A DNA stretch of 64,000 nt from Thermoplasmata archaeon (GTDB taxonomy: Archaea; Thermoplasmatota; Thermoplasmata; Halarchaeoplasmatales; Halarchaeoplasmataceae): NCBI GenBank assembly GCA_046498385.1, contig JAWOAU010000024.1, positions 99-64,098 on the forward strand. The letters are read 5' to 3'. Of the stretch, positions 48,001 to 56,042 are shown in pieces. The notes beneath the pieces are model-generated. The model saw only the letters and a list, made by a program, of their open reading frames with translations, ran no database searches and was not told where the DNA came from. A program made the translations under genes and the position numbers. Numbering within the stretch: the first letter of the stretch is position 1; the number at the start of each line of letters is the position of its first letter.

Positions 48001-48652
48001 GATTGTCCTTGACGCGGTTATGATGGGAATCCTGTACGTGGATCCCTTCCCTCCGGTTGTTCACCAGTCGATTGGAGTTTATGTCTATATTATCTGACTG
48101 TAGCAAACGGATACCGGTCCCGGTGCAGGAGAGTATATCGTTGTTGAATATCCTTACTTTCCGAGAGGACTCAACATGGACGGCACAGGAGGTACTTTGT
48201 GTTATGTGGTTACTATCCACGGTAACGTTGTAAACATCCTTCAAGTAGAGCCCCTTAGAGCCCCGTTCGAAGGTGTTATTGTATATCCTCCCGTTGGTTA
48301 CGTTGTAAAGCACAAGGCAGGAGTTCCAGTGGTAATACGAGGGGTCTTCGCTGGCCCTGGTCAACCTGCTGCTTTTCAGTAAAAAGTGAGCGGTGGTGTT
48401 TCCGATGTAGATGGCGGTGCCCCTACCGTCGGCATCGATCTCCTTTTCCTCGATTATATAAGGGGAAGACGGGGTCCCGTCGCCGGGAAAGGTTGATAGA
48501 TCTTCGTCATCGTCTATACGAATGGTGTATCGGTATCTATCCATAGGCCCTAACTCGTCGGCCACATCCGCCAGTACTGGAGTTTCACCGCTGCGTATGA
48601 AAGCCATCGGAGTGATCAACGTGATGCATATTAGAATGGTGAATAATTTCAT
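42029..48652 (-). CDS. giant (2207 aa) secreted multidomain protein: signal peptide, parallel beta-helix repeat blocks, a propeptide plus subtilisin-like S8 peptidase domain, further beta-helix blocks, and the C-terminal ~160-aa shared module
   Basis: N-terminal MKLFTILICITLITPMAFI. Dozens of ~22-aa PbH1 repeats (N.I..N...GI.L..S..N.I.NN). Subtilase triad motifs VIDTGIDYLHEDL / HGTHAAGTVG / GTSMATPHVTGLAALL. C-terminus ...GWNMVGHPS...GKGYWVYNSADHDITYTMEW*. Confidence 0.8.
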   Translation of the reverse strand: MKLFTILICITLITPMAFIRSGETPVLADVADELGPMDRYRYTIRIDDDEDLSTFPGDGTPSSPYIIEEKEIDADGRGTAIYIGNTTAHFLLKSSRLTRASEDPSYYHWNSCLVLYNVTNGRIYNNTFERGSKGLYLKDVYNVTVDSNHITQSTSCAVHVESSRKVRIFNNDILSCTGTGIRLLQSDNIDINSNRLVNNRREGIHVQDSHHNRVKDNQILDNPIDGLFLQNSVDNLLYNNDFRGTGIRIQGDTLENWNSHSIPDNNTLEGFPVCYLNDQAGTLPEEPGQVILVNVTDIFVENMELHKGSTGLALAFSDGISVRNVSISSQAQTGLHVFNSGNNTFSHLDIINNPKGVLVESSGDNHLDNISVTDNPSGGIEVVDSPWFYLRDSLLDNNGAFGVRIHLCPYSTLTQNTYTSNRRGLSIERSNGIDISGGNFSQCTEGVFLSYSTEMNMEENVFDGFGLRIAGNLKEHWSSHEINDNTVIGKPLVYLDHLTGGELNEKAGQIILANTTELSIVDQDVVSISLGFSSRIYVNNVTSYNNSRDAVHIYRSHNNTFHTMDLHSNFRGVYCFLSDNNTFVNITAADNFNGMYMHASTNNSVIGSRFKYNTAGVHLSSSFETMLSNNSFHDNADSVVIMRSESIELDYNMMEGGGIFMDGLERSHWNTHRIGDHNLLNGYPVVYITDEHGGSIDGPASQILLSNSSHMTIENMVFDKGNVGMILAFSEHLTVNNVSSRDHSRYGIHLYSVDNSSFEGCELMNNSLSGIYMRYSHHNSISHCHMLDNSQGIQMRDSLGNHISNNFMSQGNDGIRMMDSHQNVLSYNTVRSQRNGFFLSRSDHNDVTHNTAEGNSQYGIRLFDSHSNKIDHNTCEGNAISGLSFSRSTGNSISNSTFNNNDQYGIYLQYGGDNLFLSVTASHNGNSGIRLTYSNNNSVTECTFESNRWYGLYLSYSFLNQFRYNGISHNHHSVYLVSSDDNLLEKNRMNTDKEDLNAILVGLEPLLLKDDAALRKLAQDVGGRVSARYRHIDVIRVVLEDGASGVKALKLLESRPGVRFAEPDGTVELFNVPDDPYFEELWGLEKTDLPAAWNSTTGSGDAVVGVIDTGIDYLHEDLKDNMWTDPEGNHGYNSLENNNDPMDDHGHGTHAAGTVGAVGNNSVGITGVNWNVSLMALKFISAGGTGNISGAVACLEYVLDRKLSGDNVTATSNSWGSGTFSQTLYETVEAHRDEGILFVAAAGNYGDNSDEVPMYPATFNLTNVISVAASDPQDGLASFSNYGPNSVHLAAPGTNIYSTERNNNYGHRSGTSMATPHVTGLAALLRANNRSMDMMELKNAILSHTENKTSFAATISGGRMDANRSLNPSTDGFHVRTRISGGYVGSVGREKDIFVAVNDGLRPIRDANVSVSVNNHAFILKDDGAAADQVSGDGYYSGSWTPTLSGNVTLTIRVDADQTFVHECTISIRSGTGIFMDRSFNNVLEDNAMTMIQDGITLRNSGGNLIYNQSIYDVTKDGINLQNSDSNRLLRNVIKENSQGIMMDSSSFNEVFYNRMESNLQKGVEIYGESRENTIHDNTISDSQYGIYLHTETRNNTLSHNGVYNCIRGIFLRNSNGNRLFNNTALYGDIGLYLNKGDNNLVRYNNFSDNRLHLNGMGMYLSFSYNNTISGNTALDNGRNGIYLGYSDRNEIYDNELSNSDQSGIYLSHSNFNEIYNNSFKENYRGVSLYGAGGNVIYDNIMENNRGGASGYGLFLSSGSTGNHLLLNTVTHNDNGIGISSDNNVVEGNTVTSNTRHGIYVYSGLNRISNNHISNNERGVYLWLGSNDNMIIENHIFNNVYGLEASRSSNKNVVAGNDFVGNNVSVLLDSEYTAVTDNHITDSSVGVGLYRAAHNEIALNTLAYNDINLFVTDESQENRILGNHIRDGDQGILFTHSSISNHIYGNDIKNNLVGINVSHSPWNRFHHNNIMNNSEQVVLHGEVSYWDDGRGQGNYWDDYTGEDITGDGIGDTLVPHPEEDYGGGYYALDYYPLMNEVRLLVYELELASEENGQLVSIPIVPYDGYPGTLLGSVAHKGISSFADNRWHSYVPGRRSHYNNLRYIGPEDAFFIRQKESTTQVIIGHEPISGTTEISLQPGWNMVGHPSLAEKNAGELLPPEVTCVGVFNSSRPYNTQYMEDYSALVLGPGKGYWVYNSADHDITYTMEW

Positions 48653-48765
48653 TGTAGCTTAAATACCAACAATGGTACTAATAAACATTTGTGTCCCAGT
48701 CAGAAAAACGCTGTTTTTAACTCGTGAACCCGGGCACCAAAAAACTGCAGGTGATAGTGATTATA

Positions 48766-48870
48766 GGGCCGTGACCGGGATTTGAACCCGGGCCAGGGGA
48801 TCCACAGTCCCACATGCTGCCATTGTAGTCCCGGCACATTTCTTACCAGGATGGCTACACCACCACGGCC
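48766..48870 (-). tRNA. tRNA-His (anticodon GUG) with encoded G-1 and a putative ~34-nt intron at a non-canonical position (D-arm/anticodon-stem junction)
   Basis: Minus strand: G-1 then GCCGTGG ... TCACGGC then C73. T-arm CCGGG-TTCAAAT-CCCGG. Anticodon arm GGGA-CTGTGGA-TCCC. Removing TAAGAAATGTGCCGGGACTACAATGGCAGCATGT restores the CCTGGGGGACTGTGGATCCCC context typical of archaeal tRNA-His. Confidence 0.55.
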
Positions 48871-49158
48871 ACTACGAAATATAGGTGGACTAGAAGAAGG
48901 TGTATTATAAACTTTTTTACCAAGCTGGAGAATATGGTTAGAATGGTATTTGAAGCGTCGGAAGACTTGATCGGTAATCCGCCGGCAAACACTGAGATAA
49001 GCCTGTAGCTCGTAACTTAGTTCAAAAAGTTGTGAGTTCCACTATAATTCCAGACGATACAACGGAGCCGACATATCAGTGAGCTGGAGCATAAACTACT
49101 GACGGATTCATGACCGTTCCGAACGGTTCAAATAGCAAGCTAAGTTTAGTGAGTTGCT

Positions 49159-49767
49159 ATGAGCAATTTCAACGTACTCCTCTTCGAGGATTTCGAAACC
49201 CTAGATGCCTTGGGCCCCGTGGAGATAATCGGCAATCTGTCTCTGTTCGCGGATGAAAGATATGATGTTGAGTTTTATTCGGAAGGCGGAGAAATAACCG
49301 AGAGCAGCCAGGGTGTGAAAGTAGACACTCAGCCCATCTCCCAAATAAAAGAAACTGATATCCTGCTGATTCCAGGGGGTTCCGGAGTAAGAAGAGAGAT
49401 CGATAACCCGGATATGATCTCTCATCTTAAAGAGTTAGCTGCGGAAGCGGGATTCGTACTAACCGTCTGTACCGGCTCAGTGTTACTGGCCAAGACCGGT
49501 TTGTTGAAGGATCTTAAAGCCACTTCTAACAAGATGGTATTTGATTGGGTGGTTGAACAGGACCGAGATGTACAGTGGGTGCCCGAGGCAAGATGGGTGA
49601 AAGATGGAAAGTTCTATACATCTTCCGGTGTAACCGCGGGCATGGATATGACACTTGCCTTCGTGAGGGATAATCTTGGAATAAAAGTCGCGGAAGAGAT
49701 AGCGGATTATATCGAGTACGTGTGGAATAAGGACAGCAGCGTCGACCCTTTTTACAGAGGTCCTTGA
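49159..49767 (+). CDS. DJ-1/PfpI family protein (class I glutamine amidotransferase-like)
   Basis: ILLIPGGSG... and nucleophile elbow LTVCTGSVLLA. 202 aa. Confidence 0.7.
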   Translation: MSNFNVLLFEDFETLDALGPVEIIGNLSLFADERYDVEFYSEGGEITESSQGVKVDTQPISQIKETDILLIPGGSGVRREIDNPDMISHLKELAAEAGFVLTVCTGSVLLAKTGLLKDLKATSNKMVFDWVVEQDRDVQWVPEARWVKDGKFYTSSGVTAGMDMTLAFVRDNLGIKVAEEIADYIEYVWNKDSSVDPFYRGP

Positions 49768-49831
49768 TCTTTAACATTGAGTTTTCAATAACCTTTATAT
49801 CTACCGAGTTTATCCGACTTCAGGAGATATT

Positions 49832-50698
49832 ATGGAGAAGGTTGAACTCGAAAATAAAATCGTGGATGCCATCCGTTTGGCGGTTACAACAGTTACACCT
49901 AGTACGGAAGCTAAGCTTAAAGGATCTGTTGAAAGAGAAGAAAACCAGGGTGCGAAAGTACAGCTGGAAGCTATCCTAGAGAACGTAAAAGTGGGTAAAG
50001 ACGACACCTGTCCCATATGTCAGGATACCGGTACACCGACCTTCTTCGTAGAGGTAGGTGCGGATTTTGAGTATATCGGGCACATAAGAGATACCATCAT
50101 ATCAGCGGTTAGACGTGCTACAAAGGAGATACCACTTAGACCCAACGCAGTGGACCCCATCGAGCACAAGAACAGCGGTGATAACACCGGAAGGTACATT
50201 CCAGCGATACATTGGGAGGTAGTTGAAGGGAATGAACTGACCGTTCATATCATGCCCAAAGGAGGAGGAAGCGAGAACATGAGTCTTCTGGAGATGATGA
50301 CTCCCGGAAGGGGTCTCAAGGGGGTAAAGGAGATAGTGTTGGAACATGTGGCGAAGATGGAAGGAAAACCCTGTCCGCCTACAGTGATAGGTATCGGACT
50401 CGGAGGCGGTGCGGACCTTTCCCTGGAACTTGCTAAGAAAGCGCTGCTGCGACCGGTAGGTGAGCGGCATCCTGAAGAAAATATCGCCGCTTTGGAAGAG
50501 GAGTTATTGGAGAAAGTGAACCAACTGGGAATAGGACCTATGGGGGTCGGTGGTAAAACAACCGTGCTCGATATAAAAATCGAGTACGCACACAGACATC
50601 CCGCATCCTTCCCTGTTGCCATAGCACCCCAGTGCTGGGCCAACCGTCAGGCCAGAGTTAAAGTGGATGCCGATAAAAACATAGAGGTGTTAGCATGA
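49832..50698 (+). CDS. fumA: class I fumarate hydratase (or L(+)-tartrate dehydratase), alpha / N-terminal catalytic subunit
   Basis: CPICQDTGTPTFFVEVG Fe-S ligand motif. 288 aa. Followed by the beta subunit with a 4-nt overlap. Confidence 0.8.
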   Translation: MEKVELENKIVDAIRLAVTTVTPSTEAKLKGSVEREENQGAKVQLEAILENVKVGKDDTCPICQDTGTPTFFVEVGADFEYIGHIRDTIISAVRRATKEIPLRPNAVDPIEHKNSGDNTGRYIPAIHWEVVEGNELTVHIMPKGGGSENMSLLEMMTPGRGLKGVKEIVLEHVAKMEGKPCPPTVIGIGLGGGADLSLELAKKALLRPVGERHPEENIAALEEELLEKVNQLGIGPMGVGGKTTVLDIKIEYAHRHPASFPVAIAPQCWANRQARVKVDADKNIEVLA

Positions 50699-51279
50699 AA
50701 AAAGTACTGAATACGCCCATAGATCCCCGGGAAGTAAAAGATCTGGAAGTGGGTGATACGTTCTATATAACCGGAACCATCTTTACCGCCAGGGACTCCG
50801 CCCACGAATTACTCCTCGACCTTGACGAACCACCTTTCGACCCTTCCAAGTACGCCATGTTCCACTGCGGACCTGCAATACACAAGGTCGACGGTGAGTG
50901 GCAGGTGGTTTCTGCCGGGCCCACTACAAGTATACGTATGGAGATATTCGAGGATAAGTTCATAGAGCGGTTCGGAACCAGGATAATAATCGGTAAGGGC
51001 GGCATGGCCGACCGGACGCTGGAAGCACTGAAAAAACACGGTGCGGTTTATGTACAGTACACCGGAGGCGCTGGTGCGTTGATGGCAAAATCCATAGAAG
51101 AAGTGGAGGACGTTTATTTCTTAGAGGAGCTGGGTATACCCGAAGCCTTCTGGATGTTCAAAGTCAAAGAAGCGGGGCCCTTCTTGGTTACCATGGACTC
51201 CCATGGAAACAGTCTTCACAAAGATGTAGCCGAAGAGGTAAAAAAGAATCTTGAGCGGTTGAAGGCTGAGCTGGAATGA
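50695..51279 (+). CDS. fumB: class I fumarate hydratase beta / C-terminal subunit
   Basis: GTIFTARDSAHELL...IIGKGGM...VYVQYTGGAGAL is typical of the archaeal two-subunit FumA/FumB. Confidence 0.8.
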   Translation: MKKVLNTPIDPREVKDLEVGDTFYITGTIFTARDSAHELLLDLDEPPFDPSKYAMFHCGPAIHKVDGEWQVVSAGPTTSIRMEIFEDKFIERFGTRIIIGKGGMADRTLEALKKHGAVYVQYTGGAGALMAKSIEEVEDVYFLEELGIPEAFWMFKVKEAGPFLVTMDSHGNSLHKDVAEEVKKNLERLKAELE

Positions 51280-52009
51280 TACGAGAATTGGCCGACGCTG
51301 TTCGAGAAGCTGACAACATAGTCGCACTCACCGGCGCCGGTATGTCGGTTGAGTCCGACATCGCACCCTTTAGAGGTAAAGGGGGACTTTGGGAAAAGTT
51401 CGACCCAGAGGAGTATGCGCACATTGAATCCTTCAGAATGAATCCATTAAGGAGTTGGGAACTTTTCAAGCTCCAGATCCAGGAGATAGTAGATGCGGAA
51501 CCTCATCCGGGCTATCATGCGCTGGTTGAGTTGGAAAGCCACGGCCTTAGGTCTATTATCACTCAGAACATCGACGGTCTCCATTCCAAGGCCGGCTCCC
51601 AGGAGGTCATCGAGCTCCACGGAACCCTTTTCAAACTCCGGTGCGGCGATTGTGGTGGAAAAAGGGATACATCGGATCATCTATCGAGTATAAAAAAAGG
51701 CAAGGTTCCCTGCTGTGAATGCGGTGCATATCTCAGACCGGATGTGGTGATGTTCGGAGAACCGCTGCCAGGTCTGAAATGGAGAGGGCTTTGGAGTTAA
51801 GTGCGGAGTGTGGTCTTATGCTGGTCATAGGTACCTCTGCGTTGGTGTATCCCGCGGCTTCTTTACCACGTATCGCACGACAATCCGGTGCGGTGGTAGC
51901 AGAGATAAATACAACAATGACCTCCCTTACAGGAGACACGGCTAATATTACAGTATACGGTGGTGCCTCGGAGGTGTTTACAGATATACATGAAATGCTG
52001 ACGATGTGA
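51276..52009 (+). pseudogene. cobB: NAD-dependent protein deacylase Sir2/CobB split by a -1/+2 frameshift near 51775-51790
   Basis: Frame A (51276..51800): GAGMSVESDIAPFRG...QNIDGLH...CGDCG...CCECGAYLRPDVVMFGEPLP then stop. Frame B (51719..52009): ...MERALELSAECGLMLVIGTSALVYPAASLP...VAEINTTMT. Together they form one complete Sir2. Confidence 0.7.
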
Positions 52010-52076
52010 GTAGTATCACTTTAACTCCTCATAATATTTAAATACCTCTAATAATCTATGCGCATTAAGGTGAATT

Positions 52077-53813
52077 ATGATGGTAGATAAAGAGAAAATA
52101 GTGTGCTATAGTCTTGTATTGTTATTGGTACTGGCTATGGTTTTGGGAAGCGTTTCCGCAGTTAGACAAACCACACCTAGGGATGGAGCGGAAGAGATAC
52201 CCATAGATGGAAAGATAATAATAGACTTTGAAGATACTATGGACACCGGAACCGTTGAGGTGAGTATTTCTCCGGACCCGATATATCCAGTGCAAAAAGA
52301 ATGGTCGAACAGCGATAGAACTCTGACCTTGAGTCCGACTTCTTCGTTGATAAATGGGCGGGAATATACGATAACCGTGACCGGAGATAATATCACGGGA
52401 GAAAGCATTTCTCACACTTTTTCGTTCGAAACCGAGCCAGCACCGGGCTTGATGGAGACGATAAACGACATGTTCGAAGGTATGTGGACAGGACTTTTGG
52501 CCTTTGTACCGTCGATGATACTGTTCATCCTCATAATATTGATCGGCTACCTGGTATCCAAATTTGCGGGATTCTTGATTTCAAAGATACTTAAAAAATT
52601 GGGCTTCGAGAAAGCAATGCGAAAAATAGGTATAACGAAGCAGATACGAACATTAGGTTTGAAAAACGTATCCACCTTTATAGGGATGCTGGTCTTCTGG
52701 TTTATATTCGTTATATTCCTGCAGATCGGACTTGATTTTGCAGGCATCCATACCCTGACCGCAATAATGACGCCAATCGTACTTTTCATACCACGTGTCA
52801 TAATTGCGGTCATCGTTCTGGTGATCGGCCTGTACGTGGCGGAACTAGTGGTTAAATTCCTCAAGGAATTCATACGTAAAAGCCCCATGTCCAAGGATCT
52901 GATGAAAGTAGACAAGATGACAGAGAAGGCAGGATTTTCTCTGATGGATATAGTTTACATATTCGTTAAGGCCTTCGTACTGCTGATATTCATCAACGTA
53001 GCCCTTTCGATAATCGCCATCAACGTACTCAACCAGTTTATAAACCCGATACTTTTGGTAATACCTCTTTTAATAGCTGCTATGGCTGTTATCGTGGTGG
53101 GCCTCATCGTGACGGAGTATATAGTTAAGTTCGTCATGAAGATGTTGAAAGAGCTGGATATCGATAGACTTATCGAACCTGTCGAGGATATGGTCGAACG
53201 CAAGGGCATAACTTTGCAGGTCATGAGTTATGTATTGAAGTTATTCATAATGCTCATCTTCGTGCAGATCGCCATAGGTATACTCAATGTGCACGGCATG
53301 TTCAACATGCTTGCGGAGCTGGTAAACACGGTGATACTGTGGATACCCAACCTCCTGGTAGCCCTTTTCATAGGTCTCATCGGTTTTTGGATAGCTACGT
53401 GGGCCCACGAAAAGACTGTGGAATACGGTAAGAAGATGGAACTGCCCATGGTGTCGTTCCTGGCTAAGGGCGTACAGGTACTCATAATATACATCGCCAT
53501 AGTCATGGCATTAGCCCAGATCGGCATCGAGGTCCCGATCCTTTACATAGTCTTTGCAATAGCGGTAGGCGCAGTATTCCTGGGACTAGGTATAGGATTC
53601 GGCTATGGATCTAAGGACGTCTTCCTCAATCTGGCTGGTTCCGTACAGTCCGGACAGACCCTCAAGGTGGGAAAGAGGATAAGAGTGGATCAGTACGAAG
53701 GTGTGATATCTTCTATCGGTCGTTATTCCGTAGAACTAAAAACCGAGGGCGGTAGAAAGATCTACATACCCCACTCTAAACTGGCAGGAGCGGTGATAGA
53801 GGAAACCGAGTAA
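52077..53813 (+). CDS. MscS-family mechanosensitive channel-like membrane protein with an N-terminal extracellular Ig-like domain and a triplicated TM module
   Basis: Signal/TM then SbsA-Ig-like region. Three ~115-aa repeats, each with a TM pair plus an amphipathic K/E-rich segment. C-terminal LNLAGSVQSGQTLKVGKRIRVDQYEGVISSIGRYSVELKTEGGRKIYIPHSKL MscS beta-domain. Confidence 0.55.
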   Translation: MMVDKEKIVCYSLVLLLVLAMVLGSVSAVRQTTPRDGAEEIPIDGKIIIDFEDTMDTGTVEVSISPDPIYPVQKEWSNSDRTLTLSPTSSLINGREYTITVTGDNITGESISHTFSFETEPAPGLMETINDMFEGMWTGLLAFVPSMILFILIILIGYLVSKFAGFLISKILKKLGFEKAMRKIGITKQIRTLGLKNVSTFIGMLVFWFIFVIFLQIGLDFAGIHTLTAIMTPIVLFIPRVIIAVIVLVIGLYVAELVVKFLKEFIRKSPMSKDLMKVDKMTEKAGFSLMDIVYIFVKAFVLLIFINVALSIIAINVLNQFINPILLVIPLLIAAMAVIVVGLIVTEYIVKFVMKMLKELDIDRLIEPVEDMVERKGITLQVMSYVLKLFIMLIFVQIAIGILNVHGMFNMLAELVNTVILWIPNLLVALFIGLIGFWIATWAHEKTVEYGKKMELPMVSFLAKGVQVLIIYIAIVMALAQIGIEVPILYIVFAIAVGAVFLGLGIGFGYGSKDVFLNLAGSVQSGQTLKVGKRIRVDQYEGVISSIGRYSVELKTEGGRKIYIPHSKLAGAVIEETE

Positions 53814-53958
53814 AAAACCCCTTTTTTCTTTTTTTGTATACGTATTCTCCATCTACATGACGTTTTCAATACGTCGTTGCTTTGGAAAATGTTTTTACCG
53901 TCCATGCAGATTACCTTTCGTGGATTCCAAAACAAAAACACGAAGATTTCTTCACGGC

Positions 53959-55176
53959 ATGTTGAAGTCGTACTATACAAAGACAGACCTAGAACTACCG
54001 CCAAGATTCACACTTAGAGAGTTTGCCTTTATTTACAGAGGGAGCAGGGGGATGCACCGTCCAGTCGCCTTCGTGACCGGTCAGGAGTTCAAAGAATTCA
54101 TGGCCGCCAAACTTCCCATACACACATACTATTCCACCGCATATTATTCAAACCCGAGGGCACCCATGAAAAACAAGGAATGGCTGGGGGCGGACTTGAT
54201 ATTCGATCTAGATTCAGACCATCTGCCGGGAGGTGAAAACATGTCATACCCTCGGCAGCTCGAGCTGGTTAAAAAAAAGACCAGATTATTACTGGAAGAT
54301 TTTTTGATGGACGACTTCGGTTTCCAAGAAAAGCACATAAAATTGGTTTTTTCGGGTAACCGAGGGTACCATATACACGTAAGAAAAAAAGAGGTGTTCT
54401 CATTACCAAGAAGCGCCCGTAGGGAGATAGTGGATTACATAACCGGAACCGGTATCAGTCTCTCGTCGATCTTCCCGTACGATATGGTCGAGGTATCAAA
54501 GTTCAAAGAATTCAGCAAAACGGAGTATTCGTATAAGTTCCCACCCCGGAAGAAGGGCGGCTGGGGGCGCCGTGCCATAGATCTGATCAAGTACGCCCTT
54601 GAGCGTTGGTCCCACATGTCAAAGGAAGAGTTCGTAGAAGAAGTTGCATACGACTCTAGTAAAAAGACAGGGATAAAAGGTATAGGTGAAAAAACAGCGG
54701 TAGGGCTTTACAACGAGCTTTACGGCCAAGGAAAATGGCGAGATATTATAAAAAAAGAAACCTTAGACGATCTAAGTGAAAGCGGTATGGTCAATCAAAA
54801 ATACTTTTTGAAAATATTTGAACAGGTGATAAGGGACCATGGTATAAACCAGCTGTCCCTTAAATTCGTAGGCGCTACCGATGAACCGGTAACGGGAGAT
54901 ACTAAAAGGTTGATCCGTTTACCGACATCCATACACGGCGGCTCCTTTTTGGTGGTCAAACCCATAGACATAGCCAAGTTTGACGATTTCGAGCCCCTGA
55001 AGGACGCGTTTATCGAGATTTCCGGAGATAAAAATTATGACATAAGATTGGAGGATCTACCGAATGAGGAATACGTGGTATTGAAGGGAAAAACATACGA
55101 GTTCGAAAAAAACATGAATGTGCCGGAATGCCTAGTTCCGTTTTTTGTTACCAAATATCAAGCGAAAGTCCTATAA
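53959..55176 (+). CDS. priS: DNA primase small (catalytic) subunit PriS
   Basis: LIFDLDSDH (DxD) and FSGNRGYHIHV (SGxRGxH) catalytic motifs. Start placed at the internal ATG (MLKSYYTK). The ORF extends to 53857. Confidence 0.75.
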   Translation: MLKSYYTKTDLELPPRFTLREFAFIYRGSRGMHRPVAFVTGQEFKEFMAAKLPIHTYYSTAYYSNPRAPMKNKEWLGADLIFDLDSDHLPGGENMSYPRQLELVKKKTRLLLEDFLMDDFGFQEKHIKLVFSGNRGYHIHVRKKEVFSLPRSARREIVDYITGTGISLSSIFPYDMVEVSKFKEFSKTEYSYKFPPRKKGGWGRRAIDLIKYALERWSHMSKEEFVEEVAYDSSKKTGIKGIGEKTAVGLYNELYGQGKWRDIIKKETLDDLSESGMVNQKYFLKIFEQVIRDHGINQLSLKFVGATDEPVTGDTKRLIRLPTSIHGGSFLVVKPIDIAKFDDFEPLKDAFIEISGDKNYDIRLEDLPNEEYVVLKGKTYEFEKNMNVPECLVPFFVTKYQAKVL

Positions 55177-55211
55177 ATACGTTAACCTATTGGGTATAAG
55201 ATAAAACAAAT

Positions 55212-56042
55212 TTGGTGAACAAAATGGATAAAAAATCAAAGGACTATGATAAATTAGAGGGGACCTATCAGATAATACGTTTGAAGCGGCTGGAAAAAAT
55301 GGCTTTTATCCCCCAGATCATAGGCATAATAGTAGTTTTTGCATTTTTTACATACCTTGGCGGTGCTCAGCTGGTACCGTTTTACTTGCCCATATACCTC
55401 CCCCTTCTGGTAATATCCATATGGATACTAGTATTGTCCGTAGAATTCTTTGTTTTCAGGCTGATGGAGATAAGGTTCAGAAAAAGCGAAAGTGCCAAGT
55501 TCCTCATGGCTTCAAGATCCATGAAAGGAGCTTACTCTGCCTTGGTGGTGTTTGGGATAATTTGTCTTCTGCTTTTTACACCTTTCTTAACCCAGCAGAT
55601 AGAGAACTATGCGGATATGGAAGGTGAAATCACTTTAACCGGCAGTGAGGATATCTATTTTACATCCCAGGGGCGCTTAGATTTTATAATGGCAGAGCAT
55701 ATAACCGTTGAAGTTCTAGAGGGAGACGGTACGGTGGACGTAGCAATTTTGCATAAAGAGGAAGAAAGAAAATTGAATCGATATAGCTGGGATCCGCAAA
55801 CGGCTTCTTTAGACGAAACCTTCGAATATGAGATGGAACAACTGCCTTTCGATGAATATCTGCTCCGGATGGAGACCGACGAGCCCGTGACTGTCAGATA
55901 TACCATAAGCCAGTATATACCTGACAGCAGGACGTATCCCTTCGCTTTAATTTCTTTAGGCTTCTTTATCGCATACGCAGTATTCGTCGGTTTGATGTAT
56001 CCAATAAAAAAGAAACACGCCGACAAGGCCATCTATCGGTAA
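55212..56042 (+). CDS. membrane protein (hypothetical)
   Basis: 276 aa, two N-terminal TM helices plus a C-terminal TM. No recognised family. Confidence 0.4.
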   Translation: MVNKMDKKSKDYDKLEGTYQIIRLKRLEKMAFIPQIIGIIVVFAFFTYLGGAQLVPFYLPIYLPLLVISIWILVLSVEFFVFRLMEIRFRKSESAKFLMASRSMKGAYSALVVFGIICLLLFTPFLTQQIENYADMEGEITLTGSEDIYFTSQGRLDFIMAEHITVEVLEGDGTVDVAILHKEEERKLNRYSWDPQTASLDETFEYEMEQLPFDEYLLRMETDEPVTVRYTISQYIPDSRTYPFALISLGFFIAYAVFVGLMYPIKKKHADKAIYR

